Below are positions 1-12,267 of a stretch of 64,000 bases of DNA, piece by piece. Each line of letters opens with the position of its first letter. The stretch's first letter is position 1. The position numbers and the translations under genes were made by a program. The stretch lies in NCBI GenBank assembly GCA_012295275.1, contig CM022679.1, forward strand, positions 20,336,001 to 20,400,000, given 5' to 3'. The notes under the pieces are model-generated. The model did no database searches, had not been told where the DNA came from, and was given only the letters and a program-made list of their open reading frames with translations. This DNA comes from Chrysomallon squamiferum (lineage: Eukaryota > Animalia > Mollusca).

Positions 1-89
1 ACGTTATTGTTATAATCCTGACATGACAATGATAATAATAAATTATAGACTGTGATTGAGACACACATCATAGTCCAGAGCTTATTACA

Positions 90-1000
90 TACCCTGATAA
101 CATAGTGATATCTTGAAGAAATGGTTTCTAGTCAAATCTCATCAGCTTGGTTTATTATGATGCGTTTTCAACAAATAATATGACTTAGCAGTCTTGTTGT
201 GTACAGAAATATAACATCATTTCCACTTGATCACGACATATTTTGGTTACTGAGGCAGATTATTTAGTGATCATTACATTTTTTTTTAAAGTTTTCAGAT
301 GTGATAAAAATTGGGCAATACAAAAAAACAAAACATGAGTTGTATCCCCAGAAGCATGATGGGAATCCACAAAAGTAAGTTGCCTGCTTGACTTCAAATT
401 GTTCCGTATTGAGTAGAAAATTTCACTAAATATCTTCAAAGCATTGGTACATTCCACTTTAAAATGCACAATGGGGCTAAATCAGATTATATGTCTTTCT
501 TCTGGGAAGCTGTTACATGGATATGAGTTGTGTCTGTAAGGTAAGTAAGAATCCTCTAGTCCTGACCTTCATTATTTTGAAATAGAAGCTGCCAACACCA
601 AATCCTCTAGTCAGACATGTAAGTAATGGTATGGAGCCTGTTGCCCAAAGCTAAAAACATCTCTAGATCCCCTCATACCTACAGTGCTAATGATCTGCCT
701 GGGCCAGATAGCTTCAGCAAAGACCTCACCGAATGATACAGTATTGTAAAATACAGATACTTGATGTAAATAATGAAGATGAAATCAAAATAAAATGTAT
801 GGCTATCCTGGGCAGAAACACATTTTTCTGGTTTAGGACTGGTTTATTGTGACATAAGCTGGTATACAGACATAGATGCCATTTAGAAACCTACACAGGT
901 AAATAGGCAACATTATAGAGCAGCAACTGAGAAGCATATGGATCACTGTACTTACATTATGCCATGTTCTCCACACATTGTAACTGCTGAAATGTATAGT
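90..1000 (-). pseudogene. Degenerate coding-like sequence (stops/frameshifts), product unidentified
   Basis: Complex, non-repetitive sequence with partial open frames (e.g. ...QLTFVDSHHASGDTTHVLFFCIAQFLSHLK...ICRDQVEMMLYF...VILFVEN...) broken by stops. A donor-like GG|GTATGT lies near 90. Confidence 0.3.
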
Positions 1001-1639
1001 ATATGGCAGGGGTTACACTGCTAAAGGTGTATTATAAATTTTAGGGTTAGTAAACCATTTACTGATTCATTGCTCCAGATTTGTCATTAGTTTTTGTAGT
1101 CACCATTTACAGTGTTTTCCTCTAGGTCACTGTTGTAAATATATTAGAGGTTTAGTCAAAAAAAAAATAATAATAAAAATTTCTTTTAAATATCAATTTA
1201 TATATTTGTAAACCTTTTTGCAATGATTTTGCTTGACTTTTATGACTGATGCCTCTGTTGCTGCAATTACATTTAGTGCTACAGTTTGGTCTGACTTTTA
1301 CTAATATTTGTCACTATTTTTAGTACAATTTAAAAAAAAAAAATAAAAAATAAAAAAATTTAATAGCTGTAGGTTTTAGAAATGAAATTTCTGTCCTTTT
1401 AAAGATGATGTTTCTTCGAACACAACAAATGTTCTAAATAAATAAATAAAAATTTATTTAGGCAGGTATCCAAAAGAATTATAGAACAAATTTCAGATAA
1501 CTGAAAAAATATAGGCAAATATTTAAAATAATTAATTATAAGCCAGGTTGTTAGATGTGTTTTTAGTTAGCTCTGGAATTTTACTGACTTTTAACAGAAT
1601 ATATATTAATTCAGCAACAGACATGTTAACACACAAGTC

Positions 1640-2700
1640 ATTAAGATTCATAGTTTCAAGATACATGCTTTACAAGATACAAGATACATGCTTTACAAAA
1701 GGTCAAGAAAGTATATCACTGGGGCAAACGTAATTGTTTTGTCAGTTCATTTAAAAAGAATTTGAGGGATGTGGCCATTTTTAAAAAATACAAAAACTTA
1801 TTTTACTGCACACAATCGGTTAATCAGTACTGTTGGTAATTTATTAGCAACTGACAAATTAAATGAGTTGACATTTACTTTCATTAACATACATGGTGCA
1901 AGCATTAAAGAGGAGCATTTTGTACACAACTGGATTCAGTTACTGAGAAAATGGGAAACACATCATATATAATAAGTGGAGACTGGAATTTAATCTTAGA
2001 CAGAGATGTAGATGCATCAAATTATAATAAATATTCCAAAAGCTAGAAAATAGGTTTTAAATCTAATCGAAGAATGTTATTTAGTTGATATCTAGCGATA
2101 TCAACATCAAGATAGTAAATGATATATGTGGCAGCAAAAAACTCCATTTAAAGTCATCTATATTTTATATTGGTTAGTGAAGTATTTAGTAATGTATATC
2201 TGCAGAACATCCATAGATACAGGCTACAGAACTGATCACATGTCCTATACTTGAAATCAAATTTTCAGATATTGCAAAAGGGAGTGGATTTTTGAAATTT
2301 AATAAAAAAAAATTATATGATAAAAATTATGTTTTTATGGTCAAAGAAATTATTAGAAAGACTGTAAAACAACATGCAATATCAATTTCTTCTAACTTCA
2401 ATACTACTATAATCACTGGCAAGTATATTGTTTTATATTTGAAACCATTTAGTTTCCATTGAAGAATTTTTAAATTTTTCCTAGTATAAATCTAAATGCA
2501 AACTGTTTGACATAAAATTAAATATTAATGTTTTTTGGAAATTTTAGTGATGGAAATAAGAGGGAAAACAGTTGCCTTTGCATTTAAGGGAAAATAAAAA
2601 AAAAAGAGATGCAGAAAATAGAAAAAAGACAAAAAGAAAAAATCAAAAACATTAATTTTCTACTCAGCGAAGCAGAGAGGATACAATGAAATAAATCATT
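1640..2700 (+). mobile_element. Decayed non-LTR retrotransposon (L1/Tx1-type LINE) ORF2 fragment: APE endonuclease and linker
   Basis: Motifs occur in the expected order across frameshifts: QDTCF...WG..CFVSSF..N.RDVAIF; TFINIHG; ISGDWNLILDRDVD; LVDI*RYQHQDSK*YMW; GYRTDH; KGSGFLKFN..LYDKNYV..VKEII; LVMEIRGKTVAF. These match the EN consensus (QETH, GVAIL, NIYGP, GDFN, DIWR, SDH, WKFN). No RT domain seen. Confidence 0.8.
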
Positions 2701-3149
2701 ATAAAATAGAACAGCAAAAATTAGTAAAACAGAAGAGGCTAAGAATTAAGTATAACAAAACAATTTTATTACTTAATAATATGAGGATGAAACATACATT
2801 TAGAAAAGAAGTATAATGAAAATTACAAAATAGGAAGGGTTTTTTGTTGTTAGACAAGTTAAACAACATCAGACATAAAATATGACATCACATATAGTAT
2901 AAAAATATAAAAATAAAATTAAAATATGAATACAAGTATCATTTAGTAGGGAAAAGAAAATTATAGGTTTTTGTTTTTGTTTTTTTGTAACTAAGCAGAC
3001 ACATACACATCACAAGTAAGAATCAAAATATGACATCACATATAGTATAAAATAATAAAAATACAATTAAAAATTATTATTTGTGTTTTTTGTGTTGTTT
3101 TTGTATGTAAATGTAATACTTTGATTGTTTCCTAACTGTAACTCTAAAA

Positions 3150-3765
3150 TTAATTAATCTTCTTTCAGTGATGTCAGCTCGGTGAAGAGGAACTGTGAAA
3201 CTGTTGACGAGGAAGAGGACAAGAAAGAATCTGCTTTCTTTGTGGAGAACAAGTCGATGATTCTACAAAAATTCAGTTCTCCATTTGTTGTACAGTTAGC
3301 AATTTTTAAAATACCGCTTTGTTTGTTTTTTCAGTGAAATGAGTTATTCTAAATTTCATTACATAAAATAAATTATGATCAAACCTCTTTATAACATCCC
3401 CTGGTTTGATGCTATCCCTGTTTACTGTCCCAACAATGCTTGAGCACCAGTTGTCTGGACGTACGTAAATTTGCCTTGTTTTACTATCTTCCATTATCTG
3501 TCAACACATTCAGCAAAACACTCTGATGTAAACACGTAGATAAATATCTGATAAACCACCATACATTTACAAAGTATTTCATGATAATAATTTTATTTTG
3601 CCATCTAGTTCTTTGGGGTTTTTAAATTCACAGGAAACCAAATCTGCCTGGCACATCCAAAAATGTTTGCTATTGGTCCCTTTAAAAATGATTTATTATT
3701 TGCAAATTTTCTGAATATATGATGACACAAAGAACATGTCCACTTTGTGACAGTGAAGGGCCTAT
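3150..3765 (-). pseudogene. Degenerate coding-like segment, product unidentified
   Basis: Successive overlapping open stretches in different minus frames (KHFWMCQADLVSCEFKNPKELDGK; MEDSKTRQIYVRPDNW...; IANCTTNGELNFCRIIDLFST...) suggest a frameshifted exon. Confidence 0.3.
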
Positions 3766-4026
3766 CAATAATGTTTATATAAAAGATTTTAATTCTTCAT
3801 TATTATTTTGAAACATAAAGAACTCCCCTTATAAAATCATGTACCATATCAATACAAGCAAGTCTTACCTAACTCTGAAAGAGAATTGATGTGAACTTCT
3901 GGGCCAATCAGTCTACCAGTACATGATAAAAACTGGTTATGAAGGTTTACCAAGCTGAAGACATTGAACTTAAACATGTTGTTAGTGAATGGAGCACGTT
4001 GCTGATTTTTCAGTGGCTGGTGGCTA

Positions 4027-4432
4027 ATCACACATTATTCACTACAGTATTTTGTAAAACATGCAATCTGCTACTGATTCCTTCAGAATGACAATATCAC
4101 ACATTATTCACTGCAGTATTTTGTAAAACATGCAATCTGCTACTGATTCCTTCAGAATGACAATATCACACATTATTCACTGCAGTATTTTGTAAAACAT
4201 GCAATCTGCTACTGATTCCTTCAGAATGACAATATCACACATTATTCACTACAGTATTTTGTAAAACATGCAATCTGCTACTGATTCCTTCAGAATGACA
4301 ATATCAGACATTATTCACTACAGTATTTTGTAAAACATGCAAATTCCTTGAATGACAATATCACACATTATTCACTACAGTATTTTGTAAAACATGCAAT
4401 CTGGTACTGATTCCTTCAGAATGACAATATCA
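4027..4432. repeat. Minisatellite, 69-bp unit, about 6 copies (5th copy internally deleted)
   Basis: Unit ATCACACATTATTCACTRCAGTATTTTGTAAAACATGCAATCTGCTACTGATTCCTTCAGAATGACAAT starts at 4027, 4096, 4165, 4234, 4303 and 4360. Confidence 0.95.
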
Positions 4433-4799
4433 GCAGTGTAAATGGTTCAACGATTTGTTTTTTCTGACTTGCCAGCTTATCTAAATATAACTCAGCCTTT
4501 TTTTAATGTTATTTTCTAAGAGAAGTGGACAAAACTCTGGACATTTTTGGGTCAGTACTGAAATAATTCATAACCTCAGAAAATTGTTACCCAAAGTCAC
4601 TTTAATGCCAAAACAAGATTAACACCAATGTTTGTGTTTTAAAGAGGTTTGACAATACTGTTTAAATCAAATACAAATAAATAAAACAGCCTTTTTAATA
4701 GAAATAATTTCACTTTAACTAGACTGCTACTTCAAAAATAAACTTGACTTTAAATAAAATGTTTAGTTTTATGCTGTACAGTAAACAATTTCACCTGAA

Positions 4800-4925
4800 C
4801 TAAACGTAAGGGTTTCTCATGAAACCCCTACTTGACAATGTTTTGGATCTTCTTGACCGACGATACTTATAAGTGTCACTCAACATGTCTGGTGGTGGTG
4901 GTGGTGGTGATGTGCGAAGTTGTTT
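4800..4925 (-). CDS. Putative exon KQLRTSPPPPPPDMLSDTYKYRRSRRSKTLSSRGFMRNPYV*
   Basis: Acceptor TTTTGGCAG|. Phase 0 is the longest open frame and is the phase delivered by the upstream microexon chain. TAG at 4800-4802; a donor CAG|GTGAAA lies 5 nt further on. Confidence 0.4.
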   Translation of the reverse strand, partial: KQLRTSPPPPPPDMLSDTYKYRRSRRSKTLSSRGFMRNPYV

Positions 4926-5217
4926 CTGCCAAAATGTTTAATAAGTGATTATTTTACTAATGTTTGCTGTTATAGCATTTCTTTACAGTAGTAATACAGC
5001 ATGAACACGAGAGAAAAAACAACAAACCTATTTGCATACTGTCTTATTCTTACTGAACTATTTGCATATTAATTACATATTTGAGAAACAAAATCAAAGT
5101 TGACAAAACATTTATTTTATTTATAGGATGATTACATTATTTAACATAAATTTTCTATTAATGAAATGACATACTCCCTTTGTGACAATAAATAAATTAA
5201 AAAAATTATAGCTGTAC

Positions 5218-5240
5218 CTTTCTTTTTCTTTGTGTTCTCT
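5218..5240 (-). CDS. Putative 23-nt microexon (phase 1-0, xRTQRKRK)
   Basis: Minus strand: TTTTCTTTCCAG|AGAGAA...GAAAG|GTACAG, with a strong pyrimidine tract. Confidence 0.45.
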
Positions 5241-5566
5241 CTGGAAAGAAAATAAATTACAAAACATTTCTTTAATGAGTTCCTGCTAACAGTGCAGTCT
5301 ACCTTATCTAACACAGATCTACAATAAAAGGCAGTCTAACAAAACAAGCAATGTTTGGTTTCTACAAATTTTCACCTCAGTAAAACACATAATGGAAACC
5401 TAACAAAACCAGAATCTGTCTATTCTGAAAACTGGATTTTCTTTCTTTCATTTCTTTTCTTGTTTTAGATTTACATCATCTGATAATAATTCTCATTTTT
5501 CAAACTATTCTAAACCATTAGTTTTTCTTAAAATAAAATATATAATAATACAAAAATAATATTTAC

Positions 5567-5602
5567 TTTCACTGCATTTTTTCATGCCCTTTAATGTGTC
5601 TT
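5567..5602 (-). CDS. Putative 36-nt microexon (phase 1-1, xDTLKGMKKCSE)
   Basis: Minus strand: TATTTTCAG|AAGACA...AGTGAAA|GTAAAT. Flanks resemble those of the 7073-7102 exon. Confidence 0.5.
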
Positions 5603-6049
5603 CTGAAAATACAGAATGTTATATTTAATGTTTATGATTAATACTGTAAAGTTAGATTGAAAGAAAAATTTATATTAAAACTTTTATTATTATTTGGAAA
5701 GGTAAATTCAATTAAGGAGGTTTTCTTTCAGTTATTTGGTATTTTTGTCCTAAAAGAAAACAAAAATTGTCGTATAAAGTATCACAGATCTTATTTAGCA
5801 AGATGACCATGCAAAGAATTACTTGAATGAGTTTTAAAAATATAATATTGATTTGTCTTTTAAGATAATTCACAAGGAAATTATTTTAGAGGTAATACAG
5901 CTTGATAAAGGCTGGTGCCTGTATTAAACCTAGCATCATCATTACCATCATCATCAAACTTTATACCTTAAAGGATGCTATTGCACTGTGCTTAGTGACT
6001 TAGTTTGACTTAATCCTGCCACTGGTAATACTCTGTAACTGACCCTTAC

Positions 6050-6943
6050 ACTGACATCTCTTTATAAAAACTAGGCTTTGTAGTACCAAACAAATATATG
6101 ATATTAACTGACATTTCTTTATAAAAACTAGGCTTTGTAGTACCAAACAAATATATGGTATCAACTGACATTTCTTTATAAAAACTAGACTTTGTAGTAC
6201 CAAACAAATATATGATATCAACTGACATTTCTTTATAAAAACTAGACTTTGTAGTACCAAACAAATATATGATATCAACTGACATTTCTTTATAAAAACT
6301 AGACTTTGTAGTACCAAACAAATATATGATATCAACTGACATTTCTTTATAAAAACTAGACTTTGTAGTACCAAACAAATATATGATATAAACTGACATT
6401 TCTTTATAAAAACTAGACTTTGTAGTACCAAACAAATATATGATATCAACTGACATTTCTTTATAAAAACTAGGCTTTGTAGTACCAAACAAATATATGA
6501 TATCAACTGACATTTCTTTATAAAAACTAGGCTTTGTAGTACCAAACAAATATATGATATAAACTGACATTTCTTTATAAAAACTAGGCTTTGTAGTACC
6601 AAACAAATATATGATATCAACTGACATTTCTTTATAAAAACTAGACTTTGTAGTACCAAACAAATATATGATATCAACTGACATTTCTTTATAAAAACTA
6701 GGCTTTGTAGTACCAAACAAATATATGATATAAACTGACATTTCTTTATAAAAACTAGGCTTTGTAGTACCAAACAAATATATGATATAAACTGACATTT
6801 CTTTATAAAAACTAGACTTTGTAGTACCAAACAAATATATGATGTCAACTGACATTTCTTTATAAAAAACGATATCAACTGACATTTCTTTATAAAAACT
6901 AGACTTTGTATACCAAACAAATATATGATATCAACTGACATTT
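6050..6943. repeat. Minisatellite, 57-bp unit, about 15-16 near-identical copies
   Basis: Unit ACTGACATTTCTTTATAAAAACTAGRCTTTGTAGTACCAAACAAATATATGATATMA starts at 6050, 6107, 6164 and onward. One truncated unit near 6848-6877. Confidence 0.97.
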
Positions 6944-7072
6944 TAAAATATTATAAATTACACTAGTAACAAATAAAGTTGTTTTCTGAGTTTTTTAAAT
7001 TTCATAAAAAAAAGAAGCAAAATCAGTTCTTTAAAAACAATTCATAAAATAGAATTAAAAATGTATATTTAC

Positions 7073-7102
7073 TTTCTTTTGGTTGAGATCTTTTAGATTG
7101 GC
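7073..7102 (-). CDS. Putative 30-nt microexon (phase 1-1, xQSKRSQPKE)
   Basis: Minus strand: GATTTTCAG|GCCAAT...AAGAAA|GTAAAT. Shares TCAACCAAAA and acceptor flank with the 8067-8102 exon. Confidence 0.55.
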
Positions 7103-8066
7103 CTGAAAATCAGTAATGTTAAAATGAAATATATTATTATTAATTTTCATGCTAATTATCATATTTATTGGGGAATTTCTTATGCTAAGATATCTGGTCA
7201 AGGCTAATACTAATAGGAATAAACATAAACACAAACATAATAAGGATAATAATAATAATAGTAAATCTTTCACACTTGTCAATTTGGAAAATATAAATGA
7301 AATGAAGATCAAATATTAACAAGCACTAAAAATAATTTACATAGTTAAATGCACAATTATGAATTAAAAAAGAACATGAACCAAACATAATAACACAGCA
7401 ATACAAATTGCCAACTGAAAAACAAAATATTTGCTAAGGTAGATTGGCAAAGATTATTTTTTGAGAATATAGCAGGCTGTTCACATGCAATCAGTACATG
7501 ATAAAACTGGCTGTGAAGGTTTATTACCAAACTGAAGACAGCAAGGGAGTCATCTGGCACACTTAAACATGTTGTTACTGAATGACAAATGGTCAGAAGA
7601 AAAAATATGACCACAGGCCTTGAAATTTAACTTCAAATACTTGCTCCTATAAATAAAGCATTCAGATCTGGTTAAATGCCACAAGGCCATTTACATCCAG
7701 TTTTTATTTAACAGTTTACCTACAACAAACTCTTATTTTTTTATTCTGCGGTTATGGAGTTTCAGTGTTGTCACTTAAGCAATGGGGTATCTGAGAAGTT
7801 TTGCCCTAATCCTCAACTTGATAACAGTCTAAAACCTAACACATCAATACCTCTTTATAAGAAATCAACTGACATTTTAAGATATTTAAATGTTTTTCTT
7901 TTCTTTCTTTCTTTTTTTAATTAGATATTAAAAAAAGGAGGAAAAAAAAAAAGAGAAGCAAGAGAGAAAGAAAAGAAAGACATTTCTGTGCAAGATAAAT
8001 ATAAAAAATTACTTTTCAAATTTTTTTTTTTTTTATAAATTATAATAACCAAAAATTGTTACTCAC

Positions 8067-8102
8067 TGTTTTTTGGTTGACCTTTCTTTCTTGGATGGTT
8101 AT
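8067..8102 (-). CDS. Putative 36-nt microexon (phase 1-1, xNHPRKKGQPKN)
   Basis: Minus strand: ATTTTTAG|ATAACC...AAAACA|GTGAGT. Length divisible by 3. Confidence 0.55.
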
Positions 8103-8742
8103 CTAAAAATCAGTTAAGTGAGTGATGTTAATATTAAATATATAATCTGAGAAGGTCTGCTAATTACCATACTTAGTGGGGACTGACTTATGCTGCAGTT
8201 TAACTGGGTTTCACTGTTTCAAGAGTTTTCTGTTATGTTCGACGTTTGTAGAAATGACACTGGTTTCCCAATAAAAATAAAAATAGTACTTTTATCACTA
8301 TCAGCATCTATCCAACATCGACTTCAGTACCCGTGGTTTGTATTTGTGTACCTCCTGTTTCTGTCAACCATATCTCTGTGGGATTGACAGATTCTGATAC
8401 CTATATAGTGTAGTATTTTATATAACATTGTATATTATTAAAATGAAAATTCATTTCAGTTTTGCCATCGCAAGTGCACAAAAATCATCCAGAGATTAAG
8501 TGAAAACTTTTAACGCTTTTGAATATAAAATTATTACTAAAATCCTTATAGTAACCATTAATACGATGTTTTTTGCGATAATTTTAATTTTCTTTCCGAA
8601 AGAGGTAATAAACATTAAAATGTTTGAAATAAAAAACTTATAAAATGAAATCGTAGCAAAAACGAAAACGTGGATCATAATGGTTCGTAAGCATGCATTT
8701 TCTTTCCGATTTATTTTTCGACTATCTAATGACAATAATTAC

Positions 8743-8835
8743 GTGCGAGAGAGATCGGTAAAATATTAGAAGCTGACAACAAGAACGAACACTGCACAGA
8801 TGAGAACGCAAGAGATTTTCAAAACGTCCCGCCAT
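8743..8835 (-). CDS. Putative first exon of a divergent minus-strand gene (MAGRFENLLRSHLCSVRSCCQLLIFYRSLSH)
   Basis: ATG lies within a YY1/Kozak-like AATATGGCGG. 31 open codons end at donor CAC|GTAATT. Sits at the CpG-rich to CpG-poor boundary, with a poly(dA:dT) tract just upstream (8848-8888). Confidence 0.5.
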
Positions 8836-10276
8836 ATTTCTTCTTGATTTTTTTTTTTTTTTTTTTTATTTTTTTTTTTTTTTTTTTTGTACACTGGTCG
8901 TTTATGTAGAACAGACGTCGGTTATCAGTCATATGTCAGATTAAATATTATCCTAACCTATTTTTTATTATTTTTAAAAAAATTTTAATGAAACTAATCT
9001 AAACATTTACCCTTCTTTATATATAAAATAATTAATAAGAAGTGGTATTTTAGATACACAAATAATTATATAATTAAATATTTAACTAACTAACTAAATA
9101 AATAAATAAAACTTTATTAAATATTTAACCTAAATATTTAAATACATTTTTCACAATTTTCTAGTAGTTCTCGAATTAAAGAAATATAAATAAATCGTAA
9201 AATTTCTTGGCAAAAAACTAAAGTTTGTGAAATATTAAAACGGCATTATGATTTTAAGTTCTAAATAAAGTTATTGTTGTATTTATTAATTCTTTCTATT
9301 TAAATAAATTATTTACTTCCCAGTTCTATTTCTTTAGTGTTTTTGTTTCCATTTTCATTTCTTATCAAGTTGTATATTACAACTAAACGCTTACCTTCTT
9401 TTGTAAGAGCCATTTCTGAAAAGATTAAACCAGTTATTATTAAAACAATTCATCAATTGTCTTACCATGACAACAGCGTTTCGATTGGTTTAAACTAATG
9501 ACGTTGAAATGAACCACATCGAGCATTAAAACAAATCTTTCAGCGGTAAGCGATTTTAAAAGACAAGTTACGGCCATTTAAATAGGATGTAAATACGGGT
9601 GAACAAAAATAAAATTATAATGAACAGAATAATAAATTATAAATACAATGATTTACTTGTTTTGCAGAGAAATGTAACCATTTATTATTTTAATATGAAT
9701 ATAAATTCAGAGATTCATACTTATAATCAAAACAAAACAAAAAGCTCTTCGATGGTCAGCCTGCTTGACGTCATAAATATGAAATGCTTTCTGTTTTATA
9801 TATTTAACATAATGGAATCAAAGTTGAATTGAATTTTAAATATTCATAAACATATATTATTATTTCTTATAAACCTTTAGTGTACTAAATTAAATACAAC
9901 ATTTTATGAATTGCCAACTCTAGAATTAAATTTCGGTCACATGCTAAAGTAAAATAATCTAATAGGTCATCATTTACTAATTACAGGTAGGTATATTCGT
10001 AATATACTAGTCCAAAGAGAGATATCTGAAATAAGATACTTATTATATCACTTACTCAAAACCAAGAGAAATCGTAAACTATTGTAATATTCCATCTGGA
10101 CAAGAAAGTCAAAAATTATCAAGGAGAACATATTTAAATATACTGACAAAAAGTTTACAGTTACCAATAACAAACTGAAAAGTCATAAGACTACACATTC
10201 AGATTTACCTACAGCAGGCTGACAGTTATGAGGGGCGGGACATGTCAGGTAAGATAATTTATAAATTCTACAAGAT

Positions 10277-10277
<1 letters not shown>

Positions 10278-10347
<70 letters not shown>
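10278..10347. repeat. (GA)n microsatellite
   Basis: Direct reading. Confidence 0.98.
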
Positions 10348-10351
<4 letters not shown>

Positions 10352-12267
10352 TTGAAAAAAGTTACTTGCCTTTATTCAGACATACGCAGGATGAATTTGT
10401 TTTTTATTTGTCTGTTTGTTTGATTGTTTATTTATTCATTCATTCATTCATTTGCTTATTTGAATTTCAAAGTGAATGAATCAAGGACTGCAGGAATGTC
10501 AATTTTAATGTCTGTGTGCTATTTCAAAAGTGCCAGTCCGTTCAAACTGTCTGAGGTACTTTTCACAAGTCTGAGTCCACTGATGCTTCTCTTTTGCTAG
10601 TGGAAGCATGGACAACAGTCGCAGGTTCAGTGCTGCAAGACGGCAGAGATTGCGGCAGGCTCCGACACTGCTTGCTTTCTCTTTTCTGTTCTCAGCTTAA
10701 CACGCAACGATGAAATCCTGTCTGGAGTTCATTCAGATTACCAGACAAAACTTGAACACCGTCTGGGAGATGAAATACTTCTCAGTTTTTCACCATTTTC
10801 TTCTATAACAATGAGCCTATAATGGACAAGTTGGGCATTTTTGAAGCGACCTGCTAGATTCAGAAAGAATGGCACTGAGATGCACGGTAGTACTCCTCAG
10901 ACATCTTTGCTGGCTGGTTCTGTCGGCATGTTTGTCTGTTCAGACTGGTATTGCTATCTCTTAGCCGATTCTTATCGCCATATCCAATGATTCAGCAAAC
11001 CAAGATATGAAACTGACTTCAAATATCGTTCAGAGCACTGGTTACTTCTGACTGTAAGCATCGGCAGTGTCCCTCGCTTTCTTCCGCAGGCTCACAGAAA
11101 GTGGCTCGATGTTCCTCAATCAGTGACAAACAACACGAGGAAGTCTGCTCTTGTGACTGTTGTTTTCAACAGCCGGCACCTTTTTATTATATCAGCGTCC
11201 CACTTGTGGTCGTTGTAACTTATTAAAACAACGGTAGACAATTCCATTTGCCTTGGCCGTTATAGATTAGTTGATTGTGTCCCTTCAATTGATTTAGCTA
11301 TCTCTCTCTGTAAATTAACCAATCATATTTATAAAAAAAAAAAAAAAAAAAATGTACTAATGTATTTCTGGTACTGAATTAAAAACAACAGTTAAACCCC
11401 TTTAATTTGCTTTGACATTAATACATGTATTAAACGTAAGAATAGTACACACAATCGGAGACTGATGTTCATTTCTCTCTACAGAAATACTTCAGTTCAT
11501 GTCAGTTATATTATATCGCAATGATGTGAGTGCTTTGAAGGCTGTATTTTGTTTTTAATTTTATAATAAATAACAACAACAGTAATACTAATTAGAAGAA
11601 TATGACCATAAGCTGCTATTCGTTTGAAAAACTGGATTCTTAATTCTAGTTTTAATCGTTATTTATATAGTTATATCGGTTTATACATAAAACTGTACTA
11701 ATTTTGTTTACATTAATGGTAGTTATTGTTGTAGAAGTAACAGTAGTCGTAGTACCAATAGTTGTAGTGTTAGTGGTAATGTAGTAATAATAGTATTAAC
11801 AGTGACATGTCTTTAACTCATAAGGCTAATAGATGAATTCTGATTTAATAAACATAATATTTTTTCTTTTTAAAAGTTGAAAGACATACAAAGCTCCCTA
11901 TAAAACAAATGATTTGCAGATTTTACGTTTTTAATATTTATTTTATTCTATTTTATTTTATTTATTTATTTATTAAAATTTTTCTCATTTATTTTATTTT
12001 TCTTAGTTCATCTTTCTCTTTATAGATTGAAATCATTTCATTTTGTAAGTTACATCTATCACAAATAAAATGCGCATCGTCTGATTTTCTCAAGTTTTAC
12101 AGCCTCTGGTGATATTGTGACAATGGCACCCCATTTGATCGCAGTAACAACAAAACAAAATCAAAATAACTTATGATTAAACAACAACAACAATAATAAT
12201 AGTAATAATAAACACAGAATTATATACACAGGCAGTTCTGTTTTAAATAATAATAATAATCAAAATT

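Noticed and set aside
3169-3340. Plus-strand peptide ...KKESAFFVENKSMILQKFSSPFVVQLA resembling the ROCK/AGC kinase alphaC-beta4 region
   Set aside because: Spacing is off by one residue, no flanking kinase motifs (VAxK, hinge, HRD, DFG) are present, and the surrounding exon signals point to the minus strand. Treated as coincidence pending blastx.
6000-6941. 313-aa and 279-aa minus-strand ORFs
   Set aside because: Artefacts of the 57-bp (3n) tandem repeat: two frames are open simultaneously with identical 19-aa repeats, and the array lies in an inferred intron.
4027-6943. Tandem arrays as CRISPR-like arrays
   Set aside because: Units are head-to-tail with no unique spacers, no cas genes are present, and the context is eukaryotic.
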